From assembly GCA_034660995.1 (NCBI GenBank), contig JAYEKL010000063.1, forward strand, positions 5,449 to 46,377: a DNA stretch of 40,929 bases. The letters run 5' to 3'. A program made the translations under genes and the position numbers. This document shows positions 25,157-32,985 of this stretch, one piece after another. Under the pieces are notes generated by a model. The model worked only from the letters and a program-made list of their open reading frames with translations, searched no databases and had not been told where the DNA came from. Each line of letters opens with the position of its first letter. Positions within the stretch are counted from its first letter, which is position 1. The DNA is from Patescibacteria group bacterium (GTDB lineage Bacteria > Patescibacteriota > Minisyncoccia > JAHIHE01 > JAGLIN01).

Positions 25157-26548
25157 ATGACACAAAAAAACGAAGATTTAATGGACAAAATAGTTTCACT
25201 TGCTAAAAGAAGAGGTTTTGTTTTTTCTGGAAGCGAAATTTATGGCGGTTTGGCGAATACTTGGGATTACGGACCTGTCGGGGTTGAATTGAAAAATAAC
25301 ATCAAGCAGGTTTGGTGGAAGTTTTTTGTTAAGAGTAGAGAAGATGTTGTCGGAATAGACGCTGCGATCTTAATGAATAGTCGTGTTTGGAAAACATCTG
25401 GGCATGTGGCTGGATTTAACGATGCTCTTGTTGACTGTCGGGCTTGTAAAGCAAGAATCAGAGTTGATCATTTAATTGAAGACAGTTTGAATATGAAGGC
25501 TGAAGGGATGACCACTGAAGATATGACGAAATTAATAGAAGAAAATGATATTAAGTGTCCAGTTTGTGGAAAAAAAGATTTTACAGATGCCAGAAAATTT
25601 GGTCTTATGTTTAAAACTTATCAGGGAGTGACGGAAGAAGATAAAAATATAATTTATCTTCGTCCTGAAACAGCGCAGGCGATGTTCGTAAATTTTAAAA
25701 ATGTTTTAAATTCTACACACAAAAAAATTCCATTTGGCATAGCGCAAATTGGGAAAGCATTTCGCAATGAAATAACACCTGGAAATTTTATTTTTAGAAC
25801 AGTTGAATTTGAGCAGATGGAACTTGAGTATTTTATTGATGAAAAGAATTGGGAAGAATCGTTTAAATATTGGCAAAAAGAAATGGCAAGTTGGCTTGAT
25901 CATATTGGCATAAAAAAAGAAAATTATTCAATAAGAGAGCATGATAAAGACGAGCTTTCGCATTATAGTAAAAAGACAATTGATTTTGAATACGATTTTC
26001 CATTTGGAACAAAAGAGCTTTATGGACTTGCGTATCGGACTAATTTTGATCTAACAAGTCATCAAAATTCAAGCGGGCAAAATATGGAATATTTTGATAC
26101 AGAAGGTAATAGAAAATATATCCCACATGTTATTGAGCCGACATTCGGAGTTGATAGAACTATTCTCGCGGCAATGGTTGATGCTTATTGCGAGGAAGAA
26201 GTATCAACGGCAAATGAAAAAACAGAGACACGAGTGGTAATGAAATTCAATAAAAATATCGCGCCAGTAAAGGTCGCAATTCTGCCTCTTAGCAAAAAAG
26301 AAAATTTAAGCAAAAAGGCAAAATATATTTTTGATTTACTAAAGACAGAATTCGCCTGCCAATACGACGAATCACAAAGCATTGGCAAGCGCTACCGTCG
26401 ACAAGATGAGATCGGCACGCCGTATTGTGTGACGGTTGATTTTGAGTCGTTAGAAGATGATGCGGTGACGGTGAGAGATAGAGATACGATGGAGCAGGAA
26501 AGGGTGAAAGTTGAGGAATTGGTAGGATGGTTGAAAGATGTTTTTTAG
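25157..26548 (+). CDS. glyQS: Glycine--tRNA ligase (alpha2-type class II)
   Basis: 463 aa with RRGFVFSGSEIYGGLANTWDYGPVGVELKNNIKQVWW, YLRPETAQAMFVNF, GIAQIGKAFRNEITP and EPTFGVDR. The last ~195 nt are visibly more GC-rich than the rest of the gene. Confidence 0.93.
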   Translation: MTQKNEDLMDKIVSLAKRRGFVFSGSEIYGGLANTWDYGPVGVELKNNIKQVWWKFFVKSREDVVGIDAAILMNSRVWKTSGHVAGFNDALVDCRACKARIRVDHLIEDSLNMKAEGMTTEDMTKLIEENDIKCPVCGKKDFTDARKFGLMFKTYQGVTEEDKNIIYLRPETAQAMFVNFKNVLNSTHKKIPFGIAQIGKAFRNEITPGNFIFRTVEFEQMELEYFIDEKNWEESFKYWQKEMASWLDHIGIKKENYSIREHDKDELSHYSKKTIDFEYDFPFGTKELYGLAYRTNFDLTSHQNSSGQNMEYFDTEGNRKYIPHVIEPTFGVDRTILAAMVDAYCEEEVSTANEKTETRVVMKFNKNIAPVKVAILPLSKKENLSKKAKYIFDLLKTEFACQYDESQSIGKRYRRQDEIGTPYCVTVDFESLEDDAVTVRDRDTMEQERVKVEELVGWLKDVF

Positions 26549-26598
26549 AGTGTAAGTTTTTGGTTTCTTAGAGTTTTAGAGTCATTAAAATGTGTTAA

Positions 26599-26660
26599 TG
26601 TCATTCAGTATGAAATAAATTCAGAGTCTGTCCTGAATTCAGTTCAGGAATGACAACTAT
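26599..26660 (+). repeat. B-type hairpin unit (ctgaattcag subtype)
   Basis: tgtcattcagtatgaaataaattcagagtctgtcctgaattcagttcaggaatgacaactat. Its 3' half is nearly identical to 29625-29666. Confidence 0.8.
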
Positions 26661-26710
26661 ACTTTTCGATTAAATTGAAAACTTAATAATCATAATATAA
26701 TATTAATATT

Positions 26711-26845
26711 ATGAAGAAAGATAAAACATACTATATTTATATTATAGCAAACATTACTAACAATGTTTTGTATAATAGTAGAAAAATAATTTACATTGAT
26801 GATCTGGAATTTAATTCGCAAGGCTGTTTTTGCCAGAAGAAGTAA
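26711..26845 (+). pseudogene. Truncated GIY-YIG nuclease gene (only the first ~22 codons are homologous)
   Basis: MKKDKTYYIYIIANITNNVLY matches MKTDRAYYIYITTNITNNVLY of the intact gene at 29206. A 27-nt identical run (caaacattactaacaatgttttgtata) ends at about 26776, after which the frame runs into unrelated sequence. Confidence 0.7.
26779..26794 (+). repeat. Left copy of perfect 16-bp direct repeat tagaaaaataatttac
   Basis: Identical 16-mer at 28310-28325. It lies 2-3 nt after the point where GIY-YIG homology stops. Confidence 0.9.
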
Positions 26846-26848
26846 AAA

Positions 26849-26876
26849 TTGACTTCTTTCTAAAATTTAGTATAAT
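26849..26876 (+). promoter_or_regulatory. Putative promoter of the ATPase gene (inside the cassette)
   Basis: TTGACT (26849-26854), 16-nt spacer, TATAAT (26871-26876). Confidence 0.5.
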
Positions 26877-26913
26877 TTAAATTAGGATAATCAGGATTAG
26901 GATAATTCAAATT

Positions 26914-28269
26914 ATGAAATTTATAAACAGGGAAAGAGAATTAGAAGCGATAAAGGAAAAATTAAATTCTGAGAATTTTGAATTTTATGTTATTTATGGG
27001 CGAAGAAGAATTGGCAAAACAGCTCTTTCTCTAATAAGTGTGAAAAATAAAAAAGCCATTTATTATCTAGCGACCGAAGAAAACAATTTGAGAAGATTCA
27101 AAGAAGTTGCTTCTAAATTAATTCCAGAAGTAAAATACGCCGAAGAAGATTTGGAAGCGATTTTTAGTTTTTTGAAAAATAAGACAATAATTATAGACGA
27201 GTTTCCAAATTTGATAAAAGAAAATCCAAAAGTTGTTTCGGAAATGCAAAGGATTATAGACCTTGTCCTAAGGGAAACAAAAACGAAACTGGTTATTTTA
27301 GGGTCGTCTATATCTATGATGGAAAGCAAGGTTTTGAGCTATCGCTCTCCTTTGTATGGAAGAAAGACCGGACAGATAAAACTGAAACCTTTGAAATTTT
27401 CGCAAATGAGAAAGTTTTTTCCCAAAGCGTCCGCGGAGAGAGCGGTTGAAATTTTCGGTTTTGCCGACGGAGTTCCTTTTTATTTGGAAAAAACAAAGTA
27501 TCCCTTTTGGAAATATTTGGATAAAGAATTAAAAAGCGTAGATAGCTTTTTAAAAACAGAAGTTGATTTTTTAATGAAATATGAATTTTCAGAAACAAGA
27601 ACTTATAAAAAGATTTTAGAAGCGATTGCTCTTGGGAATACCAAGTCAGGTGAAATTAAAAATCAAATCGGATTTAAAAAAACAGATATAACTCCGTATT
27701 TAAAAAATTTAATAGAAACGGAGTTCATTGAAAGAGATGTTCCTCTCTTAGAATCCGCAAAATCAAGAAAGGGAAGATATTATATCAAAGATAATTTTGT
27801 GAATTTTTGGTTTAAATTTATTTATCCAAATCGCAGTTTTATGGAAGAGGGAATTTTTTCCGCTGGTGAAATAAAAGAAAAGTATAACGCTTATCTCGGC
27901 TTTGTTTTTGAAAAAATTTGCCGAGAATTCTTAATTGAAAAAAGGAAAAAATTACCGGTTAATTTTTCAAAAATCGGTAGACAGTGGGGCGCGATTCCCG
28001 GCGCTGAAAAAAGAAAGAATCAATATGAAATTGATCTGCTTGCTTTAAACGATAAAACAAAGCAAATTATTTTTATAGAATGCAAGTGGCAGAATTTAAG
28101 AAAAGGGCAAGCGAGAAATATTTTAGAAGAATTAAGAGAGAAAAGCGGTGTTATTGAATGGAACAATAAAAAGCGGAAAGAATATTTCTGTTTAATGGCG
28201 AAGAAAATTGAAAATAAAAAAGAGCTGAGAAAAGAAGGATTTTTAGTTTTTGATTTGGAGGATTTTTGA
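26914..28269 (+). CDS. AAA-type ATPase of the archaeal-ATPase/DUF234 type with PD-(D/E)xK-like C-terminus
   Basis: 451 aa with Walker A GRRRIGKT and Walker B TIIIDEF. A central wHTH-like segment (KKILEAIALGNTKSGEIKNQIG) follows. The C-terminal YEIDLLAL...IIFIECKW resembles a restriction-endonuclease-fold D...ExK motif. Confidence 0.8.
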   Translation: MKFINRERELEAIKEKLNSENFEFYVIYGRRRIGKTALSLISVKNKKAIYYLATEENNLRRFKEVASKLIPEVKYAEEDLEAIFSFLKNKTIIIDEFPNLIKENPKVVSEMQRIIDLVLRETKTKLVILGSSISMMESKVLSYRSPLYGRKTGQIKLKPLKFSQMRKFFPKASAERAVEIFGFADGVPFYLEKTKYPFWKYLDKELKSVDSFLKTEVDFLMKYEFSETRTYKKILEAIALGNTKSGEIKNQIGFKKTDITPYLKNLIETEFIERDVPLLESAKSRKGRYYIKDNFVNFWFKFIYPNRSFMEEGIFSAGEIKEKYNAYLGFVFEKICREFLIEKRKKLPVNFSKIGRQWGAIPGAEKRKNQYEIDLLALNDKTKQIIFIECKWQNLRKGQARNILEELREKSGVIEWNNKKRKEYFCLMAKKIENKKELRKEGFLVFDLEDF

Positions 28270-28309
28270 TTTTTGTTAAAATATGTTTTCCAAATTGGAA
28301 AAAAAATGA

Positions 28310-28325
28310 TAGAAAAATAATTTAC
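28310..28325 (+). repeat. Right copy of perfect 16-bp direct repeat tagaaaaataatttac
   Basis: Identical to 26779-26794. Its last bases run directly into the glyQS 3' remnant. Confidence 0.9.
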
Positions 28326-28522
28326 CTGCCAATATGACGAATCACAAAGCATTGGTAAGCGCTATCGCCGTCAAGATGGAATTAGCACGCCCGTATTGTG
28401 TGATGATTGATTTTAAAAGTTTAGATGATAACGCAGTAACAGTGAGAGATAGAGATACGATGGAGCAGGAGAGGGTGGGGATTGGGGAGATAAAAAAATA
28501 TTTAGAAGAAAAATTAAGATAG
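28324..28522 (+). pseudogene. Displaced, frameshifted 3' remnant of glyQS
   Basis: Hand alignment to 26354-26548 gives about 123 of 146 identical nt up to ggagcagga, plus a 1-nt indel (gcacgcccg vs gcacgccg) that breaks the frame. It encodes ...CQYDESQSIGKRYRRQD then, after the shift, ...PYCVMIDFKSLDDNAVTVRDRDTMEQERV. It has its own stop at 28520-28522. Confidence 0.85.
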
Positions 28523-28526
28523 ATGT

Positions 28527-29186
28527 ATGAGCGAAATAATTATAGTTAAATTATTGTTTGTCATTGGTCCTATTATGCTTATTACCATGGTAGTGTTTTT
28601 AGCTGGAGTATGGCGCAATAAAAAAGCAAACTATTATAAAGAATTGATGATAAATAATATAATTTGTACGACAAACTTTGAAAAAAACAAATATGGAAAT
28701 TTAAAAGGCATTTATAATAATAAGAAAATATTAATAAAGTTTTATTTATTTGATATATATGCTATGCCAGAAAATTCATTTACAATAAATATTGAAACTA
28801 ATTTTTATGATGCGTCAAAACAAGCATTTGTTCCTAAAACATATTTTATTTTAAAGCAAAAAGAGTCATTTTTTAATTTGAAGAAAAAATCAAATGTAAA
28901 TTCTAATGATTTTGAAAATAGTTTTAATGTGAATAATAAGTATAATTTATCATTTGATAATAAAATTAAACAAAAATTAGAAATTCTTTTAAAAAACAAA
29001 TATTTTAACGCTTATACAAAATTAAAAGTTCAATCACCATCTAAAAGTCATGTTCAAAATAGAGGAAAAGTTGTTTTTGAAAAAATAAACAGTAAAATCA
29101 GTAAAAATTCTGATTCTCTTAAAATGGCTATGGATATTGTGGTTGATATAGCGAAACAGATGGACGAGATGAAAATGGGGAGGTGA
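28527..29186 (+). CDS. Hypothetical N-terminally anchored Asn/Lys-rich protein
   Basis: 219-aa ORF starting 4 nt after the glyQS-remnant stop. It has a TM (LLFVIGPIMLITMVVFLAGVW) and no recognisable motif. Very AT-rich, so its coding status is moderate. Confidence 0.45.
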   Translation: MSEIIIVKLLFVIGPIMLITMVVFLAGVWRNKKANYYKELMINNIICTTNFEKNKYGNLKGIYNNKKILIKFYLFDIYAMPENSFTINIETNFYDASKQAFVPKTYFILKQKESFFNLKKKSNVNSNDFENSFNVNNKYNLSFDNKIKQKLEILLKNKYFNAYTKLKVQSPSKSHVQNRGKVVFEKINSKISKNSDSLKMAMDIVVDIAKQMDEMKMGR

Positions 29187-29205
29187 AAATTAGGATTAAA
29201 GTGTT

Positions 29206-29496
29206 TTGAAAACAGACAGAGCATATTATATTTATATCACAACAAACATTACTAACAATGTTTTGTATATTGGAATAACTAATAATTTACCAAAAAGAAT
29301 ATACGAACATAAAAACGGTTTGGTAAAAGGTTTTTCTAAAAAATATAAAGTTAACAAATTAGTATATTATGAGAATACAAACGATGTAAATTCTGCTATT
29401 GCGAGAGAAAAGCAATTAAAAAATTGGCATCGGGAGTGGAAAATGAATTTAGTAGAAGCTAAAAATCCAGGATTTGTCGAGTTATTTATAAGTTGA
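29206..29496 (+). CDS. Small stand-alone GIY-YIG nuclease (UPF0213/YhbQ-like)
   Basis: 96 aa (TTG start) with YYIYITTNITNNVLYIGITNNLPKRIYEHK (GIY...YIG...R...E), KLVYYE and AIAREKQLKNWHREWK. Confidence 0.85.
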   Translation: MKTDRAYYIYITTNITNNVLYIGITNNLPKRIYEHKNGLVKGFSKKYKVNKLVYYENTNDVNSAIAREKQLKNWHREWKMNLVEAKNPGFVELFIS

Positions 29497-29507
29497 TATG
29501 TTATGCT

Positions 29508-29666
29508 TGTCATTCTGAACTTGTTTCAGAATCTATAGTATATTACAGTAAATTAACCTACAAATCACAGACTAAGTGTAGCAGTCAAAAGATCCTGAAA
29601 CCCGCTATCCAGCAGGCACGGCAAGTTCAGAGCCTGTCCTGAATTCAGTTTAGGGATGACAACTAT
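29508..29666 (+). repeat. B-type hairpin units directly downstream of the GIY-YIG gene
   Basis: tgtcattctgaacttgtttcagaatct ... agatcctgaaacccgctatccagcaggcacggcaagttcagagcctgtcctgaattcagtttagggatgacaactat. Confidence 0.8.
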
Positions 29667-29667
29667 G

Positions 29668-29793
29668 TTTGAGTTGAGCCTAGGTTGTACTATCCAAAGA
29701 TTGGGGGGAGTAAGAATTGAGGATTTGGTTGTAGTAACAAAAACTGGATGCAAAAATCTTACAAAATTTCCGAAGTTTTTGGAGATAAAATAG
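29668..29793 (+). pseudogene. 3' remnant of an M24-family Xaa-Pro peptidase gene
   Basis: The frame ending at TAG 29791-29793 reads F-ELSLGCTIQRLGGVRIEDLVVVTKTGCKNLTKFPKFLEIK. GGVRIED...VT..G...LT..PK.L is the conserved C-terminus of PepP/PepQ-type enzymes. No upstream part of the gene is present. Confidence 0.55.
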
Positions 29794-29817
29794 AACAAAT
29801 AATTTCTACCCGGTTTT

Positions 29818-30125
29818 AGCTGATTTTCTTATAATTCCCCTCTAGAGAGGAGGTTGGGGGCAGGGTAATTCACTCTTGACAAAATAAACCTGTCATTCCG
29901 ACCGGAGCAAGCGAGGCACGAGCGAGCGGAGTGGAGGAATCTGTAAACACAATTATGTTTTGCTTATTTAGCAAATTACATTTTATCCGCTCACAGATCC
30001 CTCGGCTCCTATCGTTGCTCGGGATGACAAAAATGAGAAGATTTTAGGAGGAGTGAATTACCCTGGGGTTGGGGGTGTGTTAAAAAGCTTGTTACACACC
30101 CCTTGCCCCTCTCAAGAGGGGAATA
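29818..30125 (+). repeat. Family-A element, copy A5, split by insertion of another element
   Basis: The left part tagctgattttcttataattcccctctagagaggaggttggggg (to 29860) and right part gggttgggggtgtgttaaaaagcttgttacacaccccttgcccctctcaagaggggaata (from 30066) together reconstitute an A copy. Confidence 0.85.
29861..30065 (+). mobile_element. 205-bp MITE with perfect 15-bp terminal inverted repeats, inserted into A5
   Basis: TIRs cagggtaattcactc / gagtgaattaccctg. It is flanked by duplicated ggttggggg (29852-29860 and 30067-30075). The interior holds two opposed B-type units (tgtcattccgaccggagc...ggaggaatctgt and cagatccctcggctcctatcgttgctcgggatgaca). Confidence 0.85.
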
Positions 30126-30161
30126 ATTGGTAAAATAAATTTATAATTAATTTAAAAAACA

Positions 30162-31130
30162 ATGACAAAGAAAACAAACACAATGACAGTTAAACAAATT
30201 TATGATCTGGCGGTTAAGATGGGCGTTAAAACGGATTTTAGATCTAAGGAGGATATGGAAGATCTTCTAAAAAGAGAAAAAGATAGTTATAATAATCTTA
30301 AGAAGGAAGAGAAAAAAGATTATAATATGGAAAGATTGGTAAATCCATATTTGGATTCTGGTATTCTTAATTTAAGTTCAGACAAACCAGTTAAAAGAAT
30401 ATTATCTGGAATAGATATGGATGAGGCAGAAATATTACTAGCGGATAGGCTTGGTAATATTGACCTTGCTTTAGGACATCATCCTCTTGGCAAGAACCTT
30501 GCGAATTTAGATTCAGTAATGCATCTCCAAGCAGATCTTCTTAGCCAATATGGTGTTCCGATAAATATTGCTGAAGGACTTTTGAAAGAAAGGATTTCAG
30601 AAGTTAGCAGGGGAGTTTCCCCGATAAATCACAATAAGCCCGTTGATATGGCTAGGATTTTAAAAATTAACTTAATGAACACTCATACTCCTTGTGATAA
30701 TATGGTTGCAAAATTTTTGGACGATAAAATTAAAGGGGCAAAAATAAAGTATGTATCTGATTTGCTTAAATTATTAAAATCAATTCCTGAATATAATATT
30801 GCTATAAAAAATGGAGCTGGACCACGCCTTTTTTCTGGAAGCGAAGATAATCGGGTTGGTAAAATTGCTTTAACTGAAATTACTGGAGGCACTTCGGGGT
30901 CAGCAAAAATTTATGAAAAAATGGCTCAGGCTGGAATTGGAACAATTATTGGAATGCATATGTCCGAAGAACATAAAAAAGAAGCAGAAAAAGCTCATAT
31001 AAATGTTGTAATTGCTGGTCATATTTCTAGTGATTCTATTGGAATGAATTTATTTTTAGATGAATTAGAAAAGAACGGTATTAAAGTTATTCCTTGTTCA
31101 GGATTAATTAGGGTTAAAAGATTTAAATAA
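30162..31130 (+). CDS. NIF3-family (DUF34) dinuclear-metal protein
   Basis: 322 aa with metal-ligand style motifs GHHPLG, THTPCDN and AGHISSDSIG. Confidence 0.7.
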   Translation: MTKKTNTMTVKQIYDLAVKMGVKTDFRSKEDMEDLLKREKDSYNNLKKEEKKDYNMERLVNPYLDSGILNLSSDKPVKRILSGIDMDEAEILLADRLGNIDLALGHHPLGKNLANLDSVMHLQADLLSQYGVPINIAEGLLKERISEVSRGVSPINHNKPVDMARILKINLMNTHTPCDNMVAKFLDDKIKGAKIKYVSDLLKLLKSIPEYNIAIKNGAGPRLFSGSEDNRVGKIALTEITGGTSGSAKIYEKMAQAGIGTIIGMHMSEEHKKEAEKAHINVVIAGHISSDSIGMNLFLDELEKNGIKVIPCSGLIRVKRFK

Positions 31131-31137
31131 TATACAA

Positions 31138-32946
31138 ATGAAAAAACTAAAAATTAAACAAACTACTTGGAATCTAAAGCCATTATTTAAAAGTGATAAT
31201 GATCCTCAAATCAAAAAGCGGAGAAAAATTGTTGATAGTGAGAGTTATAAGTTCATAAATAAATGGAAAAATAGGAACGATTATCTAAAAGATCCAAAAA
31301 TTTTAAAGCAAGCTTTAGACGAATATGAAAAGTGGCTATATCAATATGGCGCAATGGGTGATGAAGAGGTATATTTTGCTTTACGCTATTATCAAGAACA
31401 AAATAATCCAAAATTAAAAGCTGGACTTAGTATCGCGCAAGATCTAGGAAGTAAAATCTCAAATGATATCCGGTTCTTTATGTTGGGAATTGCAAGAATT
31501 CCGAGTAAGAAACAGAATAAATTTTTAGAATACGAAGGGTTGAAAGACTATAAGCATCTTCTTGAAAAAATATTTAGTGAATCTGAATACTTGTTAAGTG
31601 AAGAAGCAGAAAAGATCTTAAATTTAAAATCAGGACCTGCTTATACAAATTGGGTTAATATGACCGAAGGGATCTTATCAAAGGAAACTAGGAAAATATT
31701 TGATGAAAATGGCAAAAGAAAAAATAAGAATTTTTCAGAAATATTAAGCTTAACAACTAATAAAAAAAAGAATGTGCGTGATGAAGCGGCGAAAGCGTTA
31801 AATGATATATTCTGTAAAAACGGTGATGTTATTGAAGCTGAAATGAATTCTATAATGGCTGATAAAAAAATAGATGATGAATTGAGAGGTTTTTCTAGGC
31901 CAGATTCAGCTATGCATCTTAGTGATGATGTTGATAGTAAAATAGTTGACAATCTTGTTTCTGTTTCTGCTAAAAGATTTGATATCTCAAAAAGATATTA
32001 TCGCTTAAAGGCCAAATTGTTCAAGGTTAAAAAACTTCAATATCACGATTGTAATGTTGAATATGGAAACGCAATAAAGAAATATTCATATAGAGAAGCA
32101 GTCAACATTGTGTTTGATGTTTTTTCTAAAACCGATCAGGAATTTGCTAACATTTTTCAAAAATTTATTGAAAATGGTCAGGTAGATGTTTATCCAAGAA
32201 AAGGAAAAGGCGGAGGAGGTTTTTGTTTTCATCATTTAATGTCTCAGCCTACTTTTATATTGTTAAATTATACCGGAGAATTAACAGATGTATTTACTTT
32301 GGCGCATGAATCAGGACATGGAATAAATAATGAATTAATGAAGAAACAGAATAACGCTCTAAATTTTGGCGGTCCTCTTTTTACGGCAGAAATTTCAAGC
32401 AAGCTGATGGAAGCTATTTTGTTTGAAGAAATATTGAATGAAGAAGATGAAGAATTGCGTTTAGCCGCAATGATGATGAAGCTAAACGATCAGATCAGGC
32501 ATGTCTTTGTGTCAGCAGCTAAAAACAGATTTGAATCTGAATTGCATTATAAATTTAGGGATAAAGGATATTTAGCAAAAGAAGAAATAGGTCAACTACA
32601 TAAAAAGCATGCAATGGAATATATGGGAAATTATGTTAAACAAACACCAGGTTCAGAAAACTGGTGGATGCACATTTCTCATTTAAGAGTATTCTTTTAT
32701 AACTATCAATATAGTTCTGGTATTTTAATAGCAGAAACGTTAAAAAGTCGTCTTAAAAAAGATCCAAATTTTATTAAACAAATAAAGGAATTTTTATCTA
32801 CTGGTTCTGCATTTTCTCCTAGCTACATATTTAAAAATATGGGAATAAACATTGAGAATAAAAATTTTTGGAATAAGGGGATCAATGAAATTGAGGAATT
32901 GCTTGATAGGACAGAAAAATTAGCAAAAAAAATAGGAAAAATATAA
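31138..32946 (+). CDS. pepF: M3B oligoendopeptidase F
   Basis: 602 aa with the zinc motif HESGHGI (HExxH). Length and C-terminal helical pattern are typical of PepF. Confidence 0.85.
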   Translation: MKKLKIKQTTWNLKPLFKSDNDPQIKKRRKIVDSESYKFINKWKNRNDYLKDPKILKQALDEYEKWLYQYGAMGDEEVYFALRYYQEQNNPKLKAGLSIAQDLGSKISNDIRFFMLGIARIPSKKQNKFLEYEGLKDYKHLLEKIFSESEYLLSEEAEKILNLKSGPAYTNWVNMTEGILSKETRKIFDENGKRKNKNFSEILSLTTNKKKNVRDEAAKALNDIFCKNGDVIEAEMNSIMADKKIDDELRGFSRPDSAMHLSDDVDSKIVDNLVSVSAKRFDISKRYYRLKAKLFKVKKLQYHDCNVEYGNAIKKYSYREAVNIVFDVFSKTDQEFANIFQKFIENGQVDVYPRKGKGGGGFCFHHLMSQPTFILLNYTGELTDVFTLAHESGHGINNELMKKQNNALNFGGPLFTAEISSKLMEAILFEEILNEEDEELRLAAMMMKLNDQIRHVFVSAAKNRFESELHYKFRDKGYLAKEEIGQLHKKHAMEYMGNYVKQTPGSENWWMHISHLRVFFYNYQYSSGILIAETLKSRLKKDPNFIKQIKEFLSTGSAFSPSYIFKNMGINIENKNFWNKGINEIEELLDRTEKLAKKIGKI

Positions 32947-32985
32947 TTGTCATATAAATGTTTTTAATATGTTAATAAATTTATT

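Noticed and set aside
28334-28522. 62-aa ORF treated as a gene
   Set aside because: Its first third is an out-of-frame reading of the glyQS remnant. It is a pseudogene fragment, not an independent gene.
29565-29798. 77-aa minus-strand ORF
   Set aside because: It is antisense to the hairpin repeats and to the M24 peptidase remnant, which has a far more convincing reading on the plus strand.
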